This document shows positions 1 through 6,752 of a DNA stretch of 33,559 nucleotides, in pieces (positions within the stretch are counted from its first letter, which is position 1; each line of letters starts with the position of its first letter). This DNA comes from a virus (taxonomy: Duplodnaviria; Caudoviricetes). The notes below the pieces were generated by a model. That model had not been told where the DNA came from and searched no databases. It was given only the letters and a program-made list of their open reading frames with translations. Both the position numbers and the translations under genes were made by a program. Where the stretch lies: positions 1-33,559 of IMG/VR virus record IMGVR_UViG_3300032218_000484; one strand, 5' to 3'.

Positions 1-710
1 AGATAATCACACGCATCTTTACAATCCTTGATATGTTTAACAACCTTGGCCTTAGAACCAAACAATTCAGCTACTTCCCCTGATGCTTTCTTTCCTGGCT
101 CATCAGAGTCAAAGCAGATTACTACGTTCTCATAGGAATCTAACCATTCAAAGTTAGCCTTGCAGTCCTTCAAGGCACTCTGAGCACCGTTACGGATAGA
201 CACCACAGGCCACTTGCTACCGAGCATTTGAAAGGCCGCTAGTGCGTCTAATTCACCTTCGACAAGGGTAACGTACTTACCGCCTTTGGTGAACAGTCCT
301 TGACCGAACAAGGTAGCCTTAGCCCACTGACCACTGACAGTGAAGTTCTTGTCCTTCACCTGTCGAACCTTAGCAGCTACGGTAAGCCCTGATTCGTCAG
401 TGTACGGATAAAAATGCTTATCCTCAGTCTGCGTTACCTTGTAGTACTCGCAGGTGTCACGGGTGATTCCACGGTCAGGAATCGGTTTAACTTCGCCTTC
501 GATCTTCATAAAATCCTTAATGTAAACTCTACCTACAGGTGCGATAGCTTCACGCAATACGCTACGTTCTTCATGATCCTCTTCTTGCTCAGTCTTGTTA
601 CAGGCAAAGCAGTGAGTGTGACCATCAGAAAAGAGAGCATTAGCGTCACTGCTACCGCAGTGTTCACAGGCTATGTGCTTCACAAACCGAGAGGCCAGCT
701 TAACGCTCAT
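1..710 (-). CDS. T7 gp4-like primase-helicase, N-terminal part (zinc-binding + TOPRIM domains); runs off the left edge
   Basis: Not in the ORF track; translated by hand: MSVKLASRFVKHIACEHCGSSDANALFSDGHTHCFAC...VTLVEGELDALAAFQMLGSKWPVVSIRNGAQSA...VICFDSDEPG...KDACDY. Shows the CxxC...CxxC Zn finger, EGExD and DxD TOPRIM motifs; AGGAG upstream. Confidence 0.95.
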   Translation of the reverse strand, partial: MSVKLASRFVKHIACEHCGSSDANALFSDGHTHCFACNKTEQEEDHEERSVLREAIAPVGRVYIKDFMKIEGEVKPIPDRGITRDTCEYYKVTQTEDKHFYPYTDESGLTVAAKVRQVKDKNFTVSGQWAKATLFGQGLFTKGGKYVTLVEGELDALAAFQMLGSKWPVVSIRNGAQSALKDCKANFEWLDSYENVVICFDSDEPGKKASGEVAELFGSKAKVVKHIKDCKDACDY

Positions 711-918
711 TTGCATTTCTCCTTGCTCGTTCATTTTCAATCAGGGTCTGAGACATTTTCACCCATTGGCGGTTAGCACTGCTCATAGTTTCCTCCCTGA
801 CCTTCTCTGCTACCAACTGAGCAAATTCTTTCAGTTCATCAAAGGTGTGTGGATGCTTGATACCAGCCAGCTTGTTAGCTTCTGCCCATAATTCAATTAC
901 ATCATCGTCTGAGATCAT
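700..918 (-). CDS. hypothetical early protein (72 aa)
   Basis: ORF track; GGAGG upstream; ATGA overlap with the upstream ORF. Confidence 0.7.
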   Translation of the reverse strand: MISDDDVIELWAEANKLAGIKHPHTFDELKEFAQLVAEKVREETMSSANRQWVKMSQTLIENERARRNANER

Positions 919-1043
919 AGCAATGCCTCCTGTTTGTCCTCATGCTTCTTTTGACCCTCTAGAAGGGCTTTAATAAGCTCAGGAGACGCTCGTTTGAAAG
1001 GGTTGTGGGTCACCCATAGTCGCAGTGCTTCTTCGTAGCTCAT
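915..1043 (-). CDS. small hypothetical protein (42 aa, MSYEEALRLWVTHNPFKRASPELIKALLEGQKKHEDKQEALL)
   Basis: Hand translation; ATGA overlaps at both ends; GGAGG upstream. Confidence 0.65.
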   Translation of the reverse strand: MSYEEALRLWVTHNPFKRASPELIKALLEGQKKHEDKQEALL

Positions 1044-1234
1044 GGTAGCATTTCCTCCAAGGCATCAATGATGAGTGCATCCTGATCTTCTTCGTAGAGA
1101 TCACCAAAGCGAAGGAAGTGATTCTCACCACAGCAAGACCAACCATGCTCGGTGTTAAGACAATAACAGCAGTAGGTCTGTGAGCTACTCATAAGCTCTT
1201 GACGCATCTGCTCTTTAAGATCTTTGACTTTCAT
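1040..1234 (-). CDS. Cys-rich hypothetical protein (CCYC...CC), possible Zn binder; likely start MKVKDLKEQ
   Basis: ORF 1040..1306 trimmed to the ATG at 1234, which overlaps the upstream stop. Confidence 0.7.
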   Translation of the reverse strand: MKVKDLKEQMRQELMSSSQTYCCYCLNTEHGWSCCGENHFLRFGDLYEEDQDALIIDALEEMLP

Positions 1235-1287
1235 TTTAACGACACCTTGATAAGAGTTAAGACAAACACAATGATGGCTAAGGTCAT
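1231..1287 (-). CDS. 18-aa hydrophobic micropeptide MTLAIIVFVLTLIKVSLK
   Basis: AGGAG upstream; ATGA overlaps at both ends fill the gap exactly. Confidence 0.5.
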   Translation of the reverse strand: MTLAIIVFVLTLIKVSLK

Positions 1288-1439
1288 TGTTGCTCCTGAT
1301 TTTCACGTTCTAGCAACAGGTTGGCAACATCTCTTAAGACATTTTCCTTCCCGTGTTGCTTAAATAAGACAATCATGTCCTCAATGGTAGACCAATACCA
1401 TGATTCCTCAAGCATTAGCGTGATTTCTTCGTCATCCAT
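1284..1439 (-). CDS. small acidic hypothetical protein (51 aa, MDDEEITLMLEESWYWSTIEDM...)
   Basis: Hand translation; AGGAGAG SD upstream. Confidence 0.7.
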   Translation of the reverse strand: MDDEEITLMLEESWYWSTIEDMIVLFKQHGKENVLRDVANLLLERENQEQQ

Positions 1440-1455
1440 GATTCTCTCCTAAAGT

Positions 1456-1471
1456 TGGCACAGTTGTTGCT
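1456..1471 (+). promoter_or_regulatory. sigma54 (-24/-12) consensus site
   Basis: TGGCACAGTTGTTGCT fits TGGCAC-N5-TTGC(A/T) with GG-N10-GC spacing; intergenic. Confidence 0.55.
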
Positions 1472-1482
1472 ATACTATAGAG

Positions 1483-1588
1483 ATATACTATTAAGTATAA
1501 AGACATAAAAGTATTAAAGACAATTAACATTAAAGTATATATAAACATTTAAGTATTAATTATCATTAAAGTCATTAACTATAAAGTC
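1483..1588. repeat. AT-rich degenerate ~15-bp repeats (approx. ATTAACATTAAAGTA); candidate origin
   Basis: Copies at 1483, 1499, 1523, 1541, 1559, 1574; three consecutive copies spaced 18 bp apart. Confidence 0.55.
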
Positions 1589-1792
1589 TTTAATGTCTTC
1601 ATAGTCCTCATTCTGAGTGCTCAGATCATCAACATCATCTGATGTCATTAAATCCTTACGCTCAATAGCCGGTATAACGTGTTTTACTTCAGAATAACAA
1701 GGGTTGCAGAGATCGACAAATTGGAAGGTGTTAGCGTTCCTGCGAGTGGCCTCAAAGTCATTCAATAAAGTATTACAGGCTAAACAATGCAT
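1556..1792 (-). CDS. zinc-finger-like hypothetical protein (CxxC...CxxC)
   Basis: MHCLAC...DLCNPC; AGGAG upstream. Confidence 0.75.
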   Translation of the reverse strand: MHCLACNTLLNDFEATRRNANTFQFVDLCNPCYSEVKHVIPAIERKDLMTSDDVDDLSTQNEDYEDIKDFIVNDFNDN

Positions 1793-1793
1793 T

Positions 1794-2006
1794 TTAATTC
1801 TCCTTCTTCTTTAATGGATTCACTAACTCATAAAAGTCTAACTCAAACTCGTTACCATTTGAGTCTACTACGTCAAAAGTAAACCAGTTTGTCTTCTTTA
1901 TACGACAGAATCGATTCTCATACACAAATTGTCCGTCATCCTGGACATTGTGCAATGGTTCGGCAGGACAGACTATCCAGTCCTGTAAGTCAATTTCTGA
2001 GATCAT
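1794..2006 (-). CDS. hypothetical early protein (70 aa)
   Basis: ORF track; AAGGGG upstream; tight packing with neighbours. Confidence 0.7.
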   Translation of the reverse strand: MISEIDLQDWIVCPAEPLHNVQDDGQFVYENRFCRIKKTNWFTFDVVDSNGNEFELDFYELVNPLKKKEN

Positions 2007-2074
2007 GGCTATCTACCCCTTAAGTTGTTAAAATAATCGCTCTAAAGCCCGTTTAAGGGCCTTCCTGAGCCTTC

Positions 2075-2371
2075 CTAGTCCTGAAGATCATAGTCTACTA
2101 CATCATCCATCCAAGTTTCAAGGATGTAGCACTTACAAGCATGGTTGAACTCTTGTACTTTTGTAAGGCTAGGACTTTGTAAAACTATCTCTAATGCCTG
2201 CCTGACTGATTTCTCATACATAGAATCAGAAATAAATTCTGCCCACGTCATAGAATCAGGCCGGTCTGCACCGTGTCGCAAATATCGCAATCGACCATGT
2301 GAACCCCTAGAATTAAGAAAATCCGTAACATCGTCAACGTATTGCATAACTGTATTATAATGATTAGACAT
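2075..2371 (-). CDS. hypothetical early protein; likely start MSNHY
   Basis: ORF 2075..2401 trimmed to the ATG following AAGGGG. Confidence 0.7.
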   Translation of the reverse strand: MSNHYNTVMQYVDDVTDFLNSRGSHGRLRYLRHGADRPDSMTWAEFISDSMYEKSVRQALEIVLQSPSLTKVQEFNHACKCYILETWMDDVVDYDLQD

Positions 2372-2381
2372 AATAAACCCC

Positions 2382-2480
2382 TTATTTAATAAGAACGTCA
2401 AAATATGCCAATAAACCCATTGTCAAGCATAGACCGATTAATACAGCAAAGACAATATCAATAATGTATTCGTGTTTCAT
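2382..2480 (-). CDS. 32-aa single-TM peptide MKHEYIIDIVFAVLIGLCLTMGLLAYFDVLIK
   Basis: Hand translation; ATGA overlap with the upstream ORF; hydrophobic stretch. Confidence 0.65.
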   Translation of the reverse strand: MKHEYIIDIVFAVLIGLCLTMGLLAYFDVLIK

Positions 2481-2686
2481 TTTGCATCTTTCCAAAAGTT
2501 ACCATAAATTTGAGCGATTCTTTTGACATTCTCAGTGGCGCGATAGCGTTTGCCACTTTTCAAGAAGTATTCCACATCTTTAAGCTTGCCCGATGCGTCA
2601 AACCATGCAGAAAGCTTACCATCCTCATTATAAGGCAAACGATGTAAGACAAAATCCCCGTTAGTGAATGTCTGCTTTTGTATCAT
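2477..2686 (-). CDS. hypothetical early protein (69 aa)
   Basis: ORF track; ATGA overlaps at both ends. Confidence 0.7.
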   Translation of the reverse strand: MIQKQTFTNGDFVLHRLPYNEDGKLSAWFDASGKLKDVEYFLKSGKRYRATENVKRIAQIYGNFWKDAK

Positions 2687-3333
2687 GCTGCCACCTTCAA
2701 GCGGATAACTTTGGACATTTTCTTGCCGTGGGCAGGATAGGCGATAACTGCCACTGCCTTATCATAGCAAGCACGACAGCCAGAGCATTTCCCGCCATTG
2801 TCATAAGCTCTGCATAAGGTCATGCCTTCCTGTACATCATCAGGTGTGGGCACGATAACACTACCATGCGTGCCTTTAATGTATTCGCCCTGAACGCTAT
2901 CAGAGGAAAATCTAACTGATACGTTAGGCAGTGCCTGCATTTCAGCCAATACACCCCGAAACTTTGGAAACTTATACATACGTGTGGGCAGCCAGTGCTT
3001 AACCCACGGTGTCCGCTTCATTACTTCGAGCATTTTCTCAGCCAAAGGCAGAGCATACATATCACCGGAATCGAACCATCGAAAATAGCTATCGGAATCC
3101 AGGTTTTTTACCATATCGTCAGCCCACTCTATGCGTTGCCAGTCAAGCTTATTCTCAGCCCTTGGGGCCTTGACGTTTGGATAGTTGTAGTTCCCTGTAG
3201 TGGCATAACAGCCAGCGCAGGCATCGACTAGGCTACCATCGGCATTCTTAGATGCTGGGCAGGTGTCCAGAGCTTGTAGCGACCATGAGCGGATGCCATC
3301 AAGCTTTGAAGTCACGGAGATGCGAATAGACAT
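2683..3333 (-). CDS. GP88-family protein (Cys-rich, radical-SAM-like)
   Basis: C-x13-C-x2-C, FRWFDSGD, HWLPTR and a C-terminal C-x8-C-x2-C-x2-C, matching my recollection of the phage gene-product-88 family. Confidence 0.75.
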   Translation of the reverse strand: MSIRISVTSKLDGIRSWSLQALDTCPASKNADGSLVDACAGCYATTGNYNYPNVKAPRAENKLDWQRIEWADDMVKNLDSDSYFRWFDSGDMYALPLAEKMLEVMKRTPWVKHWLPTRMYKFPKFRGVLAEMQALPNVSVRFSSDSVQGEYIKGTHGSVIVPTPDDVQEGMTLCRAYDNGGKCSGCRACYDKAVAVIAYPAHGKKMSKVIRLKVAA

Positions 3334-3360
3334 GGTAGTTGATCCTTAACCAGTAGCGGG

Positions 3361-3407
3361 TAAAATCACCCTCTAAGCCCCCATCAGAGGATTAGGGTCT
3401 GATTCTA
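3361..3407 (-). other. intergenic imperfect hairpin; RNase III-site-like or terminator
   Basis: mRNA UAGAAUCA-GACCCU...AGGG-UGAUUUUA pairs end to end around CCUC-UGAU-GGGG. Confidence 0.5.
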
Positions 3408-3620
3408 TCAGGATTTGACGCAAGCGGTGCAGTTGCAGGGAATCACGTCAGTTTTGACGGCTGCGCGTAGTTCTCGCATGGTGTCATAGCCTCGCACGTG
3501 AACGAGGTCATCATCAAACCTGAACCCATAAGGTAGGTTTAGAATGTATCCCACCTCATCACCATAGCCGTCGACATCGACATCACGAGACACGTTGAGT
3601 TTGTAGCGTTTGGCTTGCAT
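3408..3620 (-). CDS. hypothetical early protein (70 aa, C-terminal CxCxxC)
   Basis: ORF track; GAGG upstream. Confidence 0.7.
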   Translation of the reverse strand: MQAKRYKLNVSRDVDVDGYGDEVGYILNLPYGFRFDDDLVHVRGYDTMRELRAAVKTDVIPCNCTACVKS

Positions 3621-3631
3621 GGTTTGGCCTC

Positions 3632-3889
3632 TCAGTGAATCCGCTCAACCCAAACATGGGTGTGATGGTCAAGTAAGTGAGTCGTCAGTTTAAATGCAAC
3701 GGCTGATTTTTCACGGCGTGCAAACTTCACTCGCAGAGCGAGCCAGTCGGTTTGCTTCAGGATGTTAGCCACATCGTCGCAGATCAGAATCGCGTCAGTG
3801 TCGTTGGTGTCGATTGCGTGCTGCGTAGTGTAGCGCAGGCCATTGTCACGAATCGAGCGGATAACGCGCTGGTAGGTTTGGCGGTTCAT
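3632..3889 (-). CDS. first early gene, hypothetical (85 aa)
   Basis: ORF track; AAGGA SD upstream. Confidence 0.75.
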   Translation of the reverse strand: MNRQTYQRVIRSIRDNGLRYTTQHAIDTNDTDAILICDDVANILKQTDWLALRVKFARREKSAVAFKLTTHLLDHHTHVWVERIH

Positions 3890-4139
3890 AGTGTGTCCTT
3901 TACTAGGTCAATGATGGCCTGCGTTATTGCCTGCCATGTGTATATTCTAAAATCTAAACTGTTGTTTGGTTACCACAAACGTAAATTTATACAAAAACAC
4001 TCACAATTGTATTAATCGATCCTGATTTTTGATAGGCTTTGACTAAACCCTCAGCAAGGCCATCAGAAGGGCTTTAGAGCCGTTTTCGTGCTTGCCTAGG
4101 TGTGAGTATCAAAAATAGTTATCCCGCCTGCGATCATAG

Positions 4140-4414
4140 TTGTCCACATTTTAGGTCTTATATAAGACTGACAACCTGTGTATAACTTCGTCTAAGTGTG
4201 CTTAATTGTGGATAACTTCTGGCATTGTGGATTAACTGTGGATAAGTTTGCATGAATTTTCAATGGGAATTGTTCTCATTTACTTGATAGGTTGGCTCTA
4301 TAGGGTGCTTCACCGCCATCCTCTCACGCTATCTGTGGAGAACCCTCCGACCAGGTGTGGATAACTTTGTATGATTGTCAGACAATCCAGTGACTGTGGA
4401 CAACCTGTGGATAA
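4140..4414. promoter_or_regulatory. cluster of DnaA boxes
   Basis: TGTGGATAA at 4207, 4237, 4356, 4406; TGTGTATAA at 4177 (all fit TTWTNCACA); one-mismatch copies at 4140 (opposite orientation), 4226, 4334, 4395. Confidence 0.85.
4262..4280. promoter_or_regulatory. Fur-box-like palindrome
   Basis: AATGGGAATTGTTCTCATT, 2 mismatches to AATGAGAATnATTCTCATT. Confidence 0.5.
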
Positions 4415-4632
4415 CTTTAATGACTGCCTGGTCAGTAAGAAACTCATGAGTACACTGATGATTATGATTTATAACTATCAGTACACTGACGATCAGCATA
4501 GGGGGGGAGGGGTGTGCTCTGGAGTTTTACTTTTGCAGGAGGCTATCCCGTTCACAAAAAAGAAAATTAGAGTTTTAAGTCTAAAAAGTAACTAATTAAT
4601 TGGGGACAGAACAAGTAGTTATAAAACATAAC

Positions 4633-4645
4633 TAAGTTGTTGATC
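4633..4645 (-). promoter_or_regulatory. IHF-site-like motif
   Basis: Minus strand GATCAACAACTTA vs WATCAANNNNTTR (1 mismatch) in an AT-rich context. Confidence 0.4.
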
Positions 4646-4656
4646 TGTAAGACAAA

Positions 4657-4716
4657 AAAGATAAAAGAAGTTAGACGAAGAAGACAGAAGTTAAAGAAAG
4701 ATAAAAGGAGATAGAC
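4657..4716 (+). repeat. 20-bp purine-rich direct repeat, 40-bp period
   Basis: AAAGATAAAAGAAGTTAGAC (4657) vs AAAGATAAAAGGAGATAGAC (4697), 18/20 identical. Confidence 0.7.
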
Positions 4717-4809
4717 ACAATAGACCATCCGTGCACCTGGAAGGGACTAAGATGTCCACCTTGAAGAGGGTCTTTAAAGTGAAGACTCAAACAAAGTTAA
4801 AGAAAAAGC

Positions 4810-4838
4810 TTGACAAGCTAAGACAAACATGATAGAGT
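4810..4838 (+). promoter_or_regulatory. sigma70-type promoter for the packaging/structural arm
   Basis: TTGACA-N17-TAGAGT with TGn extended -10. Confidence 0.65.
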
Positions 4839-4880
4839 TTACTATAATGTACTAAGAAGTTCTTAAAAGCTTTTACGTTA

Positions 4881-4984
4881 ACTTAAATGTTAATACTACT
4901 TTATAAGTATAACAATTAAGTAGTATTTACTTAAATGTTAATATACTATTATAAGTAATATACATTTAAGTTAACATTAAAGTA
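4881..4984. repeat. AT-rich repeat block upstream of terS
   Basis: ACTTAAATGTTAATA at 4881 and 4929; related inverted copy TTAACATTAAAGTA at 4971. Confidence 0.65.
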
Positions 4985-5073
4985 ATATAGGGCTCTTAAA
5001 TTTTTCTGGTTTAACGTAAGTTAAACTTAGAATGAAAGATATTTTCATTCCGTGTCCCATAAGGATAAACACA

Positions 5074-5493
5074 ATGATAGAAGTAAAAGATGATGTCGCC
5101 CCTCAAAGTGAGGGTAAGCGTAAAAGAGGAAGACCCAAGAAGGGTGAGATTGTCGCCTTAAAGAAAAAGAATACTGGTGTTATTGGTCGACCAAAGGGTG
5201 ATACGGCTATCATCAACGAGTATAAGCTTCGTATGCTTAACTCCCCTAAGAGTGCCAAGGTGCTTGAAGCCATTTATGATGCTGCTTTAAATGATGAACA
5301 TAAGAACCAAGCAGCAGCCTGGAAGTTGATTGTCGATCGTATTGTGCCCGTATCGGCCTTTGAAGCCACGAAACAGTCAGGTAGCACCCCTGCCATCAGT
5401 ATTAACATTAGCGGGCTTGTAGGGGCTTCTAGCACCCTTCCTGAGCCTGTTACGTATGAGGATGATGTCGAGGATGTTGAGGTTAAGGAATAA
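5074..5493 (+). CDS. terminase small subunit (putative); likely start MIEVK
   Basis: Directly upstream of terL; GRP-containing basic motifs; AAGGA SD. Confidence 0.7.
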   Translation: MIEVKDDVAPQSEGKRKRGRPKKGEIVALKKKNTGVIGRPKGDTAIINEYKLRMLNSPKSAKVLEAIYDAALNDEHKNQAAAWKLIVDRIVPVSAFEATKQSGSTPAISINISGLVGASSTLPEPVTYEDDVEDVEVKE

Positions 5494-5495
5494 AC

Positions 5496-6752
5496 GTGGC
5501 TGAACTTAACTTCCAGTTGCTCAAGTGGCAACAACAAGTATTTGGATCAGATAAACGATTCAAGGTGGTTGCAGCAGGTCGCCGTTGTGGTAAGTCAAGA
5601 CTATCGGCGGTGACTCTGCTCATTGAAGCTCTGAATTGTCCTGAAGGTTCAGCAGTGATGTATATCGCTCCTACGCTCGGACAAGCCAGATCAATTATCT
5701 GGGACTTACTGCATGACTTAGGTAGGCCAGTGATTAAGTCCAGTCACGTGAACAACCTTGAGATCACGCTTATCAATGGGCGTAAGATTCTGGTTCGAGG
5801 TGCTGATAATCCAGACTCCCTGCGGGGTATGTCGTTAACCTACGTGGTTCTTGACGAGTGTGCGTTCGTAAAGCAGGAAGTATGGGAGAAAATCATCCGA
5901 GCTTCTTTGTCTGACAAGAAGGGTAGAGCTTTGTTTATTTCTACTCCCTCTGGCAGGAACTGGTTTTATGACATCTTCAAGTATGGACAGGAAGATGATG
6001 ACGAGTGGAAGAGTTGGCACTTTACCACCCAGGACAATGAGACAATTGACCCCAAGGAGATTGAGGCAGCCAAGAAGACCCTAAGTTCTTTTGCCTTCAA
6101 GCAGGAGTATTTAAGTAGCTTTTCCACCCAAGGTGCTGACATCTTCAAGGAAGAATGGATCAAGTACGGTGAGGAACCTAAGTGGGGTTCATGGTTTATT
6201 GCCATCGATTGTGCTGGCTTTGAGGAGGTGGCTAAGTCTGCCTCCAGCACCAAGAAACGATTAGACGAATCCGCTATTGCGGTGGTCAAGGTTACTGACG
6301 ATGGTAAGTGGTTTGTGCAGGAGATCGAGCATGGACGCTGGGACATTCGAGAGACTGCGGTAAAGATCCTGATGAAGATCAGGGAATATAAACCAATGAT
6401 GGTAGGTATTGAGCGAGGGATGGCTAAGAATGCTGTTATGCCTTACCTAACAGATTTAATGCGTAAGAATAATATCTATGCACATATTCAAACATTAACA
6501 CACGGTAATAAAAAGAAGACAGATCGTGTTATTTGGTCTTTACAAGGACGGTTTGAACATGGTAGAATTATATTAAATTCTGACGAGAATTGGGACGAAT
6601 TCATTGACCAACTACTGATGTTTCCAACAGTTGGTATCCATGATGACTTGCCCGATGCACTTTCTTATATCGACCAATTAGCCGTTACTTCCTACATGGA
6701 CGAGGAAGAAGACGATGATTGGCAAGCAATTGACATTGTAGCGGGGTACTAA
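5496..6752 (+). CDS. terL: terminase large subunit
   Basis: Walker A AGRRCGKS, Walker B VVLDE, motif III ISTP, nuclease acidic residues IAID and HDDLPDA. Confidence 0.97.
   Translation: MAELNFQLLKWQQQVFGSDKRFKVVAAGRRCGKSRLSAVTLLIEALNCPEGSAVMYIAPTLGQARSIIWDLLHDLGRPVIKSSHVNNLEITLINGRKILVRGADNPDSLRGMSLTYVVLDECAFVKQEVWEKIIRASLSDKKGRALFISTPSGRNWFYDIFKYGQEDDDEWKSWHFTTQDNETIDPKEIEAAKKTLSSFAFKQEYLSSFSTQGADIFKEEWIKYGEEPKWGSWFIAIDCAGFEEVAKSASSTKKRLDESAIAVVKVTDDGKWFVQEIEHGRWDIRETAVKILMKIREYKPMMVGIERGMAKNAVMPYLTDLMRKNNIYAHIQTLTHGNKKKTDRVIWSLQGRFEHGRIILNSDENWDEFIDQLLMFPTVGIHDDLPDALSYIDQLAVTSYMDEEEDDDWQAIDIVAGY

Noticed and set aside
2403-2431. TTGACA on the minus strand as a promoter
   Set aside because: No -10 at 16-18 bp and it lies within the 32-aa membrane ORF
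4102-4113. SlmA-type site (GTGAGTACTCAC) here and near 4447
   Set aside because: Only half-site matches; too weak to claim
4140-4500. CRISPR array or mini-array
   Set aside because: Repeats are 9-bp DnaA boxes with irregular spacing, not 25-40-bp repeats with uniform spacers
4371-4595. 74-aa ORF in the intergenic region (also 3752..4015)
   Set aside because: No clear SD, runs across DnaA boxes and the G-run or is antisense to a real gene; not protein-like
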